A DNA stretch of 64,000 bases from Eledone cirrhosa (GCA_964016885.1 OZ024740.1:260276001-260340000), one strand, 5' to 3'. Numbered from the stretch's first letter, positions 1-13,817 are shown. Translations and numbers: made by a program. The notes: generated by a model from the sequence alone, not told the origin.

Positions 1-310
1 CTAATATTAATATTAATCTTTCTCTCTTCTTCCCTTAAATATTTAAATTTACCTAGCGTCTAAATATAACGATCTTTTTCATCTGTACGTTTAGCCTAAT
101 TAACATATTCATCCTATGATTTGAAATTTCTTTCACTATCCAAACTGAACTTAAAACGATAAGTTCTTCTTTTTTGGATATGTCAATATTTATAAAACAA
201 CTTTTGTATTTTATCTGATGAGAGCATACCAAAATTTTGGTACGCTTGAAATATATATAATAAAATAAATATGGTTTTATAAAGATAGTTTCCATTTATT
301 AATATCATTG
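1..310 (-). mobile_element. Very degenerate, AT-rich LINE remnant, probably L1/Tx1-like; paralogue of 29320-29590
   Basis: Shares e.g. aaataaatatggttttataaagata.tttccatttattaatat.attgata with 29534-29585. Minus-strand translation has a 'KWKLSL...PKFWY' pattern resembling the post-RT region of Tx1/L1. Confidence 0.35.
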
Positions 311-819
311 ATATATATATATGCTTCATCCTTCCCACCAAGCAAGCTTGGTGGGGTTGCAGTTTAGTCACCAACAACCCAAACATCTGACAAATTGTAC
401 TGGGTTACTTGTTACCAGTAGCACTTGGGAGTGACTTGACATATACATATGTGTGTAAGTGTGTGTATGAGTGTGTGTGCATTTATATGTATATGTGTGT
501 GTATTTGTGTGAATATATATATGTATGGGGCAGATGTGGGCTCCGTAAGCCGTAGTGAAGGCCACCCATCTAGGAGAGTAGACACTGTAAAGTGGTTGGT
601 GATAGGAAAGGCATCCAGCCAGTAAAACTCAGTCAAAATTACGAAAAGCATGCCCAATATGATTTCCACTAGTTGCAAACACAGGGCTAACATTAGTCCT
701 GTTAGTGCTGCACACGGTAGTGGGGTGGCTAGAGTAGCCATGTGTGAGAGCCCCTCAACCGTCATCAAGCAATCACACAACCACTTATTTTTCAGGTACA
801 TAGAACTTCTAACTAAGGC

Positions 820-1510
820 AGTAACAACTATCAAGGTTCAAATCTCAGGACTGCCACTCTCAATGTTGGTAGCCTGAAGGGCAGATCTGGTGAAATTGTG
901 GAACTATTAGAGAGAAGTAGATGTATACTGTGTGCAAGAAGTGAGAAGGAGGGGTGTCTCAGTAAGATTAATTATGGGCAAGCAACTTAAATTCTACTGG
1001 ATAGGAAATGACAATGAGGTAGAGGTGTAGGTATCTTACTAGCTGAGAAATGGATAGATAAGGTGATAGAGGTAGTTAGAGTAAATGACAGAATCATCAA
1101 GTTTAGACTTGCTCTAAGAAATAGACTGGTGATAATCACATCTACCTGTGCTCTACAGGCAGGACTGGGTAAAGAACAAAAGGACAGGTTCTATGAGGAA
1201 CCTTTACAGACAACTTCAGGTATTGATGAAAGAAACCTCATTATCCTGGCAGGTGATTTTAATGGACATGTGGGACAGTATCAAGATGGATCCAGCGGAG
1301 TTCATGGTGGCTATGGTTAGGGTTCAAGGAATGAAGAGGAGCTGAGACTAACCATCTGCAACACAAATTTCAGGAAACCAGCCAACCACCTGATTTCATA
1401 TCAATCTGGTGAACACACCAAATTGATTACTTACTTAGTAGACAACGAGACAAATGGACTGTTATAATAACTAAGGCCCAGCACAAGTTAGTTATTAGTG
1501 ACATTAGAAT
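820..1510 (+). mobile_element. RTE LINE fragment, AP-endonuclease domain (pseudogenised)
   Basis: Motifs VDVYCVQEVR, GILLAEKWID, IILAGDFNGHVG and NFRKPANHLISY, with stops and frameshifts. Confidence 0.85.
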
Positions 1511-1544
1511 AAACATAAGCCAGAACAAGACATGCAGGAAAGCC

Positions 1545-2010
1545 CCAACAACAACAGCAACAGAACCACCACCAACAACAGCAGCAGAACCACCACTACC
1601 ACCAACAACAACAGCAGCAGAACCACCACTACCAATAACAACAGCAGAACCACTACCACTACCAATAACAACACCAACATCACTACCAACATCACCACCA
1701 ACACTACCACCAACACCACTACCAACACCATCAACACCATCACCACCAACGTTACCAGCACCACCACCATGAACTACAACAACATTAACAACAACACCAA
1801 TAGCAACAGCAACAACAACATTAACACCATTTCCAACAACAACCAACAAACACCACCACCATCACCAATAGCACCACCAACAACACCATCACCAACAACA
1901 ACAAATTCCACCACCAACACCAATACCACCACCGCTACCATCAACTACAATAACAACACCACCACCACCAACATCAGCAACAAAAACATCACCAACATCA
2001 CATAACAACA
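1545..2010. repeat. (ACC/AAC)n low-complexity tract
   Basis: Direct reading. It accounts for the spurious Thr/Asn and Val ORFs. Confidence 0.95.
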
Positions 2011-2168
2011 ACTAATCATGAAAGACACACATATACACACACATACATATGCACACATACACACATATACATATGCACACATACACTTACATAGACACAT
2101 ACTAAAACTTAAAGAGAATGTTAAGAAGTTTACAGATGAGCTCAACTAGCTTCTGAAGAAAACCAGAG

Positions 2169-3583
2169 TGTTGTTGAAGAAATAGAGAGAGTGTTAAATA
2201 ACTTAATGGCTGGTGCCAGTTATCAAAGACATCACATGTTGTTGAAGAAATAGAGAGAGTGTTAAATAACTTAATGGCTGGTGCCAGTTATCAAAGACAT
2301 TACATGTTGGAGAAATAGAGAGAGTGCTAAATAACTTAATGGCTGGTGCCAGTTATCAAAGACATCACATGTTGTTGAAGAAATAGAGAGAGTGCTAAAT
2401 AACTTAATGGCTGGTGCCAGTTATCAAAGACATTACATGTTGTTGAAGAAATAGAGAGAGTGCTAAATAACTTAATGGCTGGTGCCAGTTATCAAAGACA
2501 TCACACGTTGTTGGAGAAATAGAGAGAGTGTTAAATAACTTAATGGCTGGTGCCAGTTATCAAAGACATCACATGTTGTTGGAGAAATAGAGAGAGTGCT
2601 AAATAACTTAATGGCTGGTGCCAGTTATCAAAGACATTACATGTTGTTGAAGAATAGAGAGAGTGTTAAATAACTTAATGGTTGGTGCCAGTTATCAAAG
2701 ACATTACATGTTGTTGAAGAAATAGAGAGAGTGCTAAATAACTTAATGGCTGGTGCCAGTTATCAAAGACATTGCATGTTGTTGAAGAAATAGAGAGAGT
2801 GCTAAATAACTTAATGGCTGGTGCCAGTTATCAAAGACATTACATGTTGTTGAAGAAATAGAGAGAGTGCTAAATAACTTAATGGCTGGTGCCAGTTATC
2901 AAAGACATTACATGTTGTTGAAGAAATAGAGAGAGTGTTAAATAACTTAATGGCTGGTGCCAGTTATCAAAGACATTACATGTTGTTGAAGAAATAGAGA
3001 GAGTGTTAAATAACTTAATGGCTGGTGCCAGTTATCAAAGACATCACATGTTGTTGGAGAAATAGAGAGAGTGTTAAATAACTTAATGGCTGGTGCCAGT
3101 TATCAAAGACATCACATGTTGTTGGAGAAATAGAGAGAGTGCTAAATAACTTAATGGCTGGTGCCAGTTATCAAAGACATTACATGTTGTTGAAGAATAG
3201 AGAGAGTGTTAAATAACTTAATGGTTGGTGCCAGTTATCAAAGACATTACATGTTGTTGAAGAAATAGAGAGAGTGCTAAATAACTTAATGGCTGGTGCC
3301 AGTTATCAAAGACATTACATGTTGTTGAAGAAATAGAGAGAGTGCTAAATAACTTAATGGCTGGTGCCAGTTATCAAAGACATTACATGTTGTTGAAGAA
3401 ATAGAGAGAGTGCTAAATAACTTAATGGCTGGTGCCAGTTATCAAAGACATTACATGTTGTTGAAGAAATAGAGAGAGTGTTAAATAACTTAATGGCTGG
3501 TGCCAGTTATCAAAGACATTACATGTTGTTGAAGAAATAGAGAGAGTGCTAAATAACTTAATGGCTGGTGCCAGTTATCAAAG
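2169..3583. repeat. 68-bp tandem minisatellite, about 21 copies
   Basis: Unit tgttgttgaagaaatagagagagtg(t/c)taaataacttaatggctggtgccagttatcaaagacat(c/t)aca. Unit starts at 2169 and 2237. Confidence 0.97.
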
Positions 3584-3595
3584 AGATCATCAAAA

Positions 3596-3713
3596 CTAAA
3601 ACATATCAAAGCTAAACGGTGTTCTGTTGGGGTTGGATTTACCAAAACCTTCATCTCTTTCTACTTGTGGTTTAGTCAAGGTTTGCCTGTTAACACTACA
3701 ACTGACATCTTTA
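3596..3713 (-). CDS. Candidate terminal coding exon of a host gene (KDVSCSVNRQTLTKPQVERDEGFGKSNPNRTPFSFDMF*)
   Basis: Unique sequence between two satellites. Acceptor ttcttctatgttatatcag, then an open frame to TAG. Phase-compatible with the candidate exon at 12520-12604. Confidence 0.35.
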
Positions 3714-3756
3714 CTGATATAACATAGAAGAAACATATGGATTACCAAAGATATTG

Positions 3757-5085
3757 GGGGTGATGGTCCCAGGGTGGGAGTGATGGTCACAGGATGGAGG
3801 TGATGGTTACAGGCTGGAGGTGATGGTCACAGGGTGGTCTCAGGATGGTCACAGGCTGGAGGTGGTGGTCACAGGATGGTCACAGGCTGGGGGTGATGGT
3901 CACAGGATGGAGGTGATGGTTACAGGCTGGAGGTGATGGTCACAGGGTCGTCTCAGGATGGTCACAGGCTGGAGGTGGTGGTCACAGGCTGGGGGGTGAT
4001 GGTCACAGGATTGAGATGATGGTCACAGGCTGGGGGTGATGGTCACAGGATGGGGTGATGGTCACAGGCTGGGGGTGATGGTCACAGGATGGGGTGATGG
4101 TCACAGGATGGGGGTGATGGTCACAGGATGGAGATGATGGTCACAGGCGGGGGGTGATGGTCACAGGATTGAGATGATGGTCACAGGCTGGGGGTGATGG
4201 TCACAGGATGGGGTGATGGTCACAGGATGGGGTGATGGTCACAGGATTGAGATGATGGTCACAGGCTGGAGGTGATGGTCACAGGATGGGGTGATGGTCA
4301 CAGGCTAGGGTGATGGTCACAGGATGGGGTGATGGTCACAGGCTAGGAGTGATGGTCACAGGATGAGATGATGGTCACAGGCGAGGGGTGATGGTCACAG
4401 GATTGAGATGATGGTCACAGGATGGGGTGATGGTCACAGGATTGAGATGATGGTCACAGGCTGGAGGTGATGGTCACAGGATGGGGTGATGGTCACAGGC
4501 TAGGGTGATGGTCACAGGATGGGGTGATGGTCACAGGCTAGGAGTGATGGTCACAGGATGAGATGATGGTCACAGGCGAGGGGTGATGGTCACAGGATTG
4601 AGATGATGGTCACAGGATGGGGTGATGGTCACAGGATTGAGATGATGGTCACAGGCTGGAGGTGATGGTCACAGGATGGGGTGATGGTCACAGGCTAGGG
4701 TGATGGTCACAGGATGGGGTGATGGTCACAGGCTAGGAGTGATGGTCACAGGATGAGATGATGGTCACAGGCGAGGGGTGATGGTCACAGGATTGAGATG
4801 ATGGTCACAGGCTGGTGGTGATGGTCACAGGATGGGGTGATGGTCACAGGATGGAGATGATGGTCACAGGCTGGGGGTGATGGTCACAGGATTGAGATGA
4901 TGGTCACAGGCTGGGGGTGATAGTTACAGGATGGGGGTGATGGTCACAGGATTGAGATGATGGTCACAGGCTGGAGGTGATGGTCACAGGCTGGGGGTGA
5001 TGGTCACAGGCTGGGGGTGACGATCACGGGTTGGTCACAGGCTAGAGGTGATGGTCACAATATGTTCACAGGATGGTCACAGGCT
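3757..5085. repeat. 19-20 bp minisatellite (gtgatggtcacaggatgg variants) with a 195-bp higher-order unit
   Basis: The same variant block starts at 4241, 4436 and 4631. Confidence 0.95.
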
Positions 5086-5279
5086 GTATTTATGTATTGT
5101 GTGTGTTATGTACGTGTTGTGTGTGTGTTATGTACGTGTTGTGTGTGTGTGTGTTATGTATGTGTTGTGTGTGTGTGTGTGTTATGTATGTATGTTCTGG
5201 ATACAGGTCTGAATGCAGCAGATTTCTTCAAGAGAAGGATGAAGAGTGAGAGAATGGAAGTGAGAAAGGGATAGAGAAA

Positions 5280-5440
5280 GATTACTCCTGTACTAGACTG
5301 GTACTTTGTTTTATTGATCTAGAATAGATGAAAAGCAAAGTTGATCTCAGCAACATTTGAACTGAGAGAGCAAAGTGTTGGAACTTTGAAATACTGCACA
5401 GCATTCTATCCTACGTCCTAATGACTGCCAGTTCACCACT
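5280..5440 (-). mobile_element. SINE family A, old copy
   Basis: Diverged actggtacttt...gatgaaaagcaaagttgatctc core, shared with 25262-25450. Confidence 0.7.
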
Positions 5441-5449
5441 TTATAGCTG

Positions 5450-6630
5450 TGTGTAGATGAAAGGGTTAACATTTTGTAGGTTAAGTACCTTTGTGTCTGT
5501 GTATGAGAGGGTTAAAATGTTATGGGTTAAGTACCTTTGTGTGTATATATGATAGGGTTAACATTTTGTGGGATAAATACCTTTGTGTGAGTACCTGAAA
5601 GGGTTAACATTTTGTAGGTTAAGTACCTTTGTGTCTGTGTATGAGAGGGTTAAAATGTTATGGGTTAAGTACCTTTGTGTGTATATATATGATAGGGTTA
5701 ACATTTTGTGGGATAAATACCTTTGTGTGAGTACCTGAAAGAGTTAACATTTTGTGACTTAAGTACCTTTGTGTCTGTGTATATGAGAGGGTTAAATTTA
5801 TGTGGCTTAAGTAGATTTGTGTGTGTATATGAAGGGGTTAAAATGTTGAGGGTTAAGTATCTTAGCTTTATGTGTTATATGAAGGGGTTAAAATTTTGTG
5901 GGTTAAGTATCTTAGCTTTGTGTGTTTATATGAAGTAGTTAAATTTTTGGGGGGTCAAGTAACTTTGTGTGTGTATTTGAGAGGTTTAAAATTGTGTGGG
6001 TTAAGTACTTTTGTGTGTATATATGAATGGGTTAAAATTTTGTGGGTTAAGTAGGTTTGTGTATGTGTGTATATGTCTAAAAAGTCTAAAGTCTGTCTGA
6101 AGCCAGAAGGCTCATTTGGCTGGTGCTTATCCCGGTTTCATGGCGTGAAGCGACTGAGAGTACAAGACTTCCCCCTGGACAGGACGCTAGTCTATCGCAG
6201 GGTTAAACTCCCAGCTATTGCTGGTACTTATTTTCAGCTGAGTATACTGGAGCAATGAGAAATGAAGTGTTTTGATCAAGAACACAACACGCAACCCATG
6301 AATTGACCCCACAACATTATGATCGTAAGTCCAACACCCTTACCACTAGGCCACGTGCCTCCGAGTGTATATGAGAGGGTTAAAATTGTGTGGGTTAAGT
6401 ATCTTAACTTTGTGTGTATATGAAGGGTTTAAAATTGTGTGGGTTATGAAACTTTGTGTATATGTGTATATGAAGAGGTTCAAAGTATGTTTTAGGTGCT
6501 GCGGTGTGTGGTATGAAAGAGTTACAATTGTGCGGGTTAAGTACCTTGATATGTGTGTATATGAGTTTTGGGTGCTGTGGAGTGTGGGTATGTGAGGGTA
6601 AATAGGGTGTGGTTTAAGTACCTTTGCATG
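5450..6630. repeat. Degenerate ~45-bp tandem repeat (agggttaaaattttgtgggttaagtacctttgtgtgtatatg), interrupted by a SINE
   Basis: Direct reading. Confidence 0.85.
6085..6363 (-). mobile_element. tRNA-derived SINE family B
   Basis: Minus-strand head ggaggcacgTGGCCTAGTGG (A box) and a GGTCAATTC B-box-like motif, then a gtgttcttgatcaaaacactt core. Homologues at about 10140-10400, 30480-30612, 34090-34232, 41095-41233, 42200-42305, 54110-54280 and 61540-61640. Confidence 0.8.
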
Positions 6631-6675
6631 GGTGTGTGTGTGTGTGCAATATCATGAGGTGGAAAAATGTGTGTA

Positions 6676-6925
6676 ATAGTAGTAACGTTACTTAAGTAGT
6701 GTTGAGGGTAGTAGCAATATTGTTTTTGTTGTTAGTAGTAGTAGTTGTGGGAATGGTAGTGGCAGTAGCAGTAGTGGTGATGGTAGTAGTAGTAGTAGTA
6801 GTGGCGGTAGTAGCAGCAGCAGCAGCAGTTGTAGTAGTGGTGGTGGTGGTGGTGGTGGTGGCAGTAGTAGTAGTGGTGGTGGTGGTAGTAGTAGTGGCAA
6901 AGGTGGAGGCAGCAGCAACAACAAC

Positions 6926-6959
<34 letters not shown>

Positions 6960-6998
6960 TTGGTGATGGTGGTGGTAGTAGTAGTAGTAGCAGTAGTT
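6676..6998. repeat. (GTA/GTG/GCA)n microsatellite
   Basis: Direct reading. Confidence 0.95.
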
Positions 6999-7269
6999 GA
7001 ACCCCCAAAGTAGTAGATAACCTTCCTCCCAATGAAACATAGCTCAGTGGGACATCTCTTCTACAGCTTCTAGATGTTTATCTACTATACAGCATATTGT
7101 TAGGGTATGTAATCACACACACACACACATATATATATTTATATATATATACACATATACATTTACACACATATACATGCACATATACACTCAACGCATT
7201 CAGGCACGCCCATATTCACACATACACATACACACACATATATATGGATATATATATATATATATATAA

Positions 7270-7582
<313 letters not shown>

Positions 7583-8419
7583 AATGTGCAATGACCTATA
7601 TTTGCAAACAACCATGCGCACACATGTAAATTATCAATGGCACATTAAGTTCATAAATAGTATGTACTTTTAACATAGCTTGCAAAAGAAATGTCGACAT
7701 ACAAAACAATACATACAAGAAATACACTGATAAATACACACATACACATACGCAAGCACATACACACAAACACACATAAACCATGCTAGCATAAAAAAAA
7801 TATATGCTATATATATATATCATCATCATCATCCCATTTAATATCCATCTTCCATGCTTGCATGGGTTAAATTAGTTGTCCCATTGTGAAAGAAGTCAGA
7901 GAACCTTGTCTTGCTCATACAGAACTGATCCTGGCTAGGTTTCTACAGCTGGATGCCCTTCCTAATTTACAGTGTAGATAGGGCGTTTTTATTGTGGCAC
8001 AACTACGACCATTTTACAGTGTGGGCTGGGTGCATTTGATTATGGCATAAAGACAATTACCTTACAGTGTGGATTGGTTTTTTTTGTCATGGCACCAAAA
8101 CGACCACTTTACAGTGTGGACTGGAGGCTGAGGTTGGGTGTTAGGGTGTGTATGGAAGTGAAAGGGGGTAAGATAAGGAAAAAGTGGTGTATACCAGATG
8201 TATGCTTTAACCATGCAAATGGGAAGGCTGGTCTTTTGCATTAATGCATAACACCATATATATATATATATCATCATCATCATCATCACCGTTTAACGTC
8301 CATTTTCCATGCTAGCATGGGTTAGACACACACACAATTTCAGTCATTAGATTGCAACCATGCTGGGTCACTGGTTTGATTTAGTTGATTATATCGGCAT
8401 CAAAACTTATTTTTCAAGT

Positions 8420-8950
8420 CTGGTATATATTTTATCCATCTCACTTTTCTGTTGGGATCAGAATCCTGGCTACTTTCCTGCTAATCAAAACTTTAGTTTT
8501 TCCCATATTTACTCTAAGCCCTTTTGGTTCTAAATTCTGTTTCCAAAGCCAAAATTTCTTCTCCAGCTCTTTCACTTATTTGGCTATTAGAAGCAGGTTG
8601 TTGGCATACAGTTTCCATGGGCAACCTGTCTTAAACTCCTTTGTTATGGCTTGGAGAACTATGATAAACAGAAGTGGGCTGAAGACTGAACCCTGATGAA
8701 CACCCACCTGCCCTTTGAATTCCTCACTACATTCATTACCTACTTTCACCTTACTGACAGTACCTCTGCACATGGCTTGCACTACTCTTACAAACCATTC
8801 TTCTATGCCTGATTTCCTCAAGGACCACCAGATATCAGATTGAGGTACTCTGTCACACACCTTCTCTAGAACAACAAAAGCTAAATATAGAGCCTTATTC
8901 TTAGCTAGGAACTTCTCTTGAAGGTGCCACACTAGGAAGAGGGCATCAGC
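8420..8950 (-). mobile_element. RTE LINE RT fragment
   Basis: LQEKFLAKNKALYLAFVVLEKVCDRV, GVHQGSVFSPLLF and LYANNL motifs. Confidence 0.9.
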
Positions 8951-9255
8951 TTTTTTGCATACTATATATTGTTGTCTAGTTGGTTACTTGGTATTGATCT
9001 TTACTACCCCCTGTTTCTTCTAACCCATGCATGCATGGAAAAATAAACATAATATAGTGATGATGATTATAACCTAGCCACTAGTAAAGATACTAAAAAC
9101 ATTTGAATTAACAAAACCTGTTTTTTGACATTTTCTACTAAATCATTACAGGATGTTAAGATTTAATTAACAGTCTTGCATATTGCAACATGAAAAATTC
9201 AAGTTTTTAATCTATCACTGAAATTTCCACAAGGATCTGTCCACTAGCAAAGATA

Positions 9256-9615
9256 TAGTGGAACCTCTGTTCATGAACTTAATTTGTTCCTGGAGGCCGT
9301 TTGTCACCCAAAATGTTTGTAATCCAAAACTATTTTTCCCATACAAAACATTGAGGGAGAAATACAGTGAAAGAGAGACTGTGTGTGAAAGACAGATATA
9401 TATCAACATAGTAACTAACTACACAGCAAGTGACACTATTCTGACACTATTCTCGTAAGAACTAGTACCAGTAATATTCTGCCGATACTCCCAGCTTGTT
9501 GCCAACCTTTGTTCATTACTCAAGACACCGTTCGTCACCCAAGACATTCTATGTTCGGAAAAACTGTTCGTGAATTCATTTGTTCATGATGAGAGGCGTT
9601 TGGGAACTGAGGTTT
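9256..9615 (+). mobile_element. pogo/Tigger-like MITE remnant
   Basis: Left end tagtggaacctctgttc resembles a CAGTGGAACCTCGGTT-type TIR. The right end gaactgaggtt is its truncated complement. Confidence 0.55.
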
Positions 9616-11047
9616 GGTAATTGAGGTATTATAAACATTTGAATTAAAATTTTAGATATTTTCTGCTCAATCATTACGAGATTATTTAGAGTAAAGCCAT
9701 GTCTAACTCGTAAGAACTAGTACCAGTAATATATTACAAAGTTCTCCCTACCTCATCCATTGTGACTGTAGTAGATAGTTACAAGGGCCCCCTATTAATT
9801 AAATCACATGACCAACTCTAATGAGCAAAAAAATCAATAAATGTCTGTGACATGTGATCTTTATATTCCATCTATAAAGTTTTTCTCTTGGGCTTAAATA
9901 TTTTCCCTCAACGAACCAATTAATAAAGAACTCGTTTACAATCAATATCTCATGTATAAATGAGCCCTCTCTCTCTTTCTTTATCTCTTTCACTCTCTCT
10001 CTCACTCTTTTTCACTCTGTCTCTCTCACAGTTCCTCTCTTTCACTATCTCTCTCCCTCTCTCACTCTTTCCCTTCCTCTCACACTCCCTTTCTCTCACA
10101 TTATCTATATATCTGTGTTTCAATTGTTTGACCAATTGAACAGTTTAATGTGAAATTTATGTCCAAGTGGCTGAGCATTCTACATACATGAGTACGTTTA
10201 ACATAGTCACGAGGGTGATTCAATGTGACACAGCCTGTGACAAGGTTGGCCCTAATAATTACTGGTTCAGCTCATTTTATTTTCAGCTGACTGGACTACA
10301 GCAACATGAAATAAAGTGTCTTGCTGAAGGATAAAATGTGTGGCAGAAAATCAACGCCCTTACAATTATCAGCCAAACACCTTAATCACTAAGCCATGTA
10401 CCTTAATTGTCTCCCTCTATGAACACACATATACATCGACACTACACATGCACAGACACACCAACACACACTGCACATACACACCGACATGTACACAAAA
10501 GCATTTATTTGCATTGAATTTCTGTTTTCTTGAGTTTCATGCCACTGCAGTCACCAATTATCAGGCTAGAACTTAAAAGGAAATCACAGTGGCATAAAAC
10601 ACGAATTGTGAAGAAAAGAAATTATGTTTAGATATATAATTCTTTCTATTATTGGCACAAGGCCAGCAATTACTCAGTACATTACTGGTACTTTATTTTA
10701 TCGACCCCGTAAGGATGAAAGGCAAAGTTAACCTTTAGATATATAATAAACAAAAGGAAAAGAGTTGATTGTAGAGACCCCGAGCTGGCATTTTCCTTTG
10801 CAAGATTGGAAATACAGCAGCCTGCCTAATGAAGGAGCCCTAACAGGTGAACTGGCTATTACAGCAGGTGTCACTGGCCATTCTATGTGGCACTGCCTCC
10901 ACCATTTTATCCACAGGATATAGCTGAGAGATACTGTCCAGGCTAGGGTTTAGAGTCTATCACTCTCTCTACCTCTTCTTTCATTTTATTTCTTTTTCTT
11001 TTATTCTTCATTTCCTTATTGCTTTGTAGTTATTTACTGTTTGTGTT

Positions 11048-12062
11048 GACCACCACCACTTCAACCACCACCACCACCACCTCAACCACTACCAATACTC
11101 CCACCACTAATACCACCACTACCTCAACCACTACCTCAACCACCACAACCACCACCACCTCAACCACCACCACCTCAACCACCACAACCACCACCACCAC
11201 CACCTCAACCGCCACTATCGCAACCATACCACCACCAACACCACCTCCATGACCATCATGATGATGACCACCACCACCACCACAACCACCTCAACTACCA
11301 CCACAATCACCATCACTATCACCAACACCACCAGTATCGCAACCCCACTACCACCACCACCTCAACCATACCACCACCACCACCACCACCTCAACCATCA
11401 CCACCACTACCACCTCAACCATACCACCACCTCAACCATTACCACCACCACCACCATCACCACCACCTCAACCACCACCTCAACCATACCACCACCAACA
11501 CCACCACCTCAACCATTACCAGCACCACCACCACCACCACCTCAACCACCACCTCAACCATACCACCACCAACACCACCACCACCTCAGCCATTACCACC
11601 ACCACCACTATCACCACCCCACTTCCACCATCACCAGTATCACCACCACCATAATCACTACCATCATGGTGATGATATTGATGGTGATGGTAATAATTGT
11701 TTCTACGTTTGGCACAAGGCCAGCAATTACCCCAGTGCATTACTGGTACTTTATTTTATCGACCCCGTAAGGATGAAAGGCAAAGTTGATGGTGATGGTA
11801 ATAATGATGGTAGTGATAGTGAAGGTGATGATGGTAATGCTGGTGGTGGTGATGCTAGTGATGCTGGTGATGCTTGTATCATGGTGATGATAGTGGTGGT
11901 GGTGGTGGTCGTGATGGTAGTGATGATGATAGTGATGATGATGGCAGTGGTGATGATGGGGATTAGTGAAGGTGGCGGTGGCGATAGTGATAATGATGGT
12001 AGTGGTGATGATAGTGATGATGATGGTGGTGATGATGATGGAGGTGATGATAGTGATGGTAA
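11048..12062. repeat. (ACC)n then (GAT/GGT)n low-complexity region containing a partial SINE A (11697-11790)
   Basis: Direct reading. Confidence 0.9.
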
Positions 12063-12519
12063 TAAGCCCTGGCCAGATGTAAAATGTAGGTCTATGCTAA
12101 GCTGGTAATAAGCCAGGTCAGATGTAAAATGTATGTTCCCCTCAAAGCTAGTAAGAGTTCTAATCCATGTGAAATGTTGCCTCCACTGCCCCCACCCCCA
12201 CTGCCCCCATCCCACTGCCCCCACCCCACTGCCCCCACCCCCACTTCCCCACCCCCACTACTCCAATAATTTCCTGTGATCAATAAATAAATCAGTAAAC
12301 ATTTTTGCAATGTTTCTGTGTTGTGGAAATATTGAAAGTGGTGGAGAGGGTTGTATGATGTTGTGTCCTGTTACATGATCTGATGTGGATGAGTGAGGAC
12401 TGTGTAGTGGGAAATACAGGGCTGTAAAGTTTTATGTCCTGATACATGATTTGATGTGGCTGACTGAGGGCTGTATAGTGGGAAATGCAGGCTTAGAGGA
12501 AGGAGTGTCAAAAACTTAC

Positions 12520-12604
12520 TAAACCTTGTCAGCTACTAAACTGTGAGTTGGCAAATATGTGTAGATTCTGGATTTTATTTTAAAACAGTAAAGTTCATTC
12601 TGGC
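12520..12604 (-). CDS. Candidate internal host exon (QNELYCFKIKSRIYTYLPTHSLVADKV), possibly the end of a PH-like domain
   Basis: cag acceptor (weak pyrimidine tract) and a perfect GTAAGT donor. 85 nt, open in phase 1 to 2. Joins 3596-3713 in frame (TA+T = Tyr). Confidence 0.35.
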
Positions 12605-13262
12605 CTGAGATATGTTGTTTTATAGGTAATGTTTAAAAAATACATTAATTTCTACACAAGCTTATACATACAGTGTTATTGATAGCAGTGTTGATAACAT
12701 TCCAGAAATATATTCAATACACTACATACACACCACACATGCATACACTTACACACACACACACACTGATAGCACACCTCAACATAGAGACATATATACA
12801 GACAAAATGTACAGAAAAACAGACAGCTATTCCACATAATGTAATCCATATCTTTTAACTATCATTACTGAAGAATGAGTATGTGTGTGTACATGTATGT
12901 ATATGTATATATATATATATAAAAGAAGAGACATGTATCATAAGACTGGAAGAGAGAGAAAATTATGATACAATATATTAGATGCCAATAGCCAAAGCGA
13001 AGTGTGCTCAATGCTTAGAGGTGCAGTGTTAAATATTATAGTGAGGTTAATATTTAATGAGGGTTAAGTGCAGAAGGTAAGCAGAGCAGGTTTAAGCAAA
13101 CCTGGGCACTGTACACAATATTTCATTATTGTTATTATTATTATATCATGACTCATACACTGTTCATTTTCCTGACATTTGTACATTATTCTATGTACTA
13201 TACATGCACCTTTGATGAGTTGTAGTGCACCTGAGCACTGTACACAATAATTTCATTATTAT

Positions 13263-13548
13263 AAAATAAATGGAGGAGAAGGCAATACATTCAAAAACAA
13301 AATTTACTCCTTACACAGTGTTTCATCTACTCAATATCAATATAATATTATATAAATTGGACTACCTTCCAGCAACATAAACAATGTTTCTTCTCTGAAG
13401 ATTCTATGAAAATATCCCTTATAGCAATATATATGCATACGTACGCACATATATGTATTGAACTGTTTTATTGATATTGAGTAGCTGAAACACTGTATAA
13501 GGCGTAAATTTTGTTTTTGAATGTATTGCCTTCTCCTCCATTTATTTT
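13263..13548. repeat. Inverted repeat with ~80-bp arms and a ~126-bp spacer; each arm carries an HHR 3' half (GAAA-CACTG-TA in the right arm)
   Basis: 13263-13342 is the reverse complement of 13469-13548 with about 3 mismatches. Confidence 0.85.
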
Positions 13549-13684
13549 GCTATATATATATATAGATATGTAGATAAATCTACCAAAAGTTTACGGTAGT
13601 GTCCAATCCGTATGAAGAACTCAATGTAATCCGGATATCATGGAAAGAAGAGATGCATTCAAAAATCACTTTCGGTGAAAGATA

Positions 13685-13734
<50 letters not shown>

Positions 13735-13770
13735 GTAAATGACAATCAAAGAGTGTTTAAAACATTTAAT

Positions 13771-13817
13771 CACTTACAATCGTTTCATCCTAGCCCAAGG
13801 CCGGAATCATCAGAGTA
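13771..13817 (-). ncRNA. Type-I hammerhead ribozyme motif (slightly degenerate)
   Basis: TACT-CTGATGA-ttccggccttgggctaggat-GAAA-C-GATT-G-TA-AGTG. Stem I is TACT/AGTG and the triplet is GUA. Confidence 0.7.

Noticed and set aside
2169-3583. CRISPR-like regular repeat array (also 42898-43817 and 44739-45270)
   Set aside because: Units are head-to-tail with no unique spacers, there are no cas genes, and the context is eukaryotic.
6300-6363. tRNA gene (and similar A/B-box heads elsewhere)
   Set aside because: No complete cloverleaf, and each is followed by a SINE body.
5450-6630. Interstitial telomere (GGGTTA motifs)
   Set aside because: The motifs are isolated within a ~45-bp unit and are not tandem TTAGGG.
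10528-10605. pre-miRNA-like hairpin (atgccactg/cagtggcat)
   Set aside because: The loop is about 40 nt and the stem is too short and irregular.
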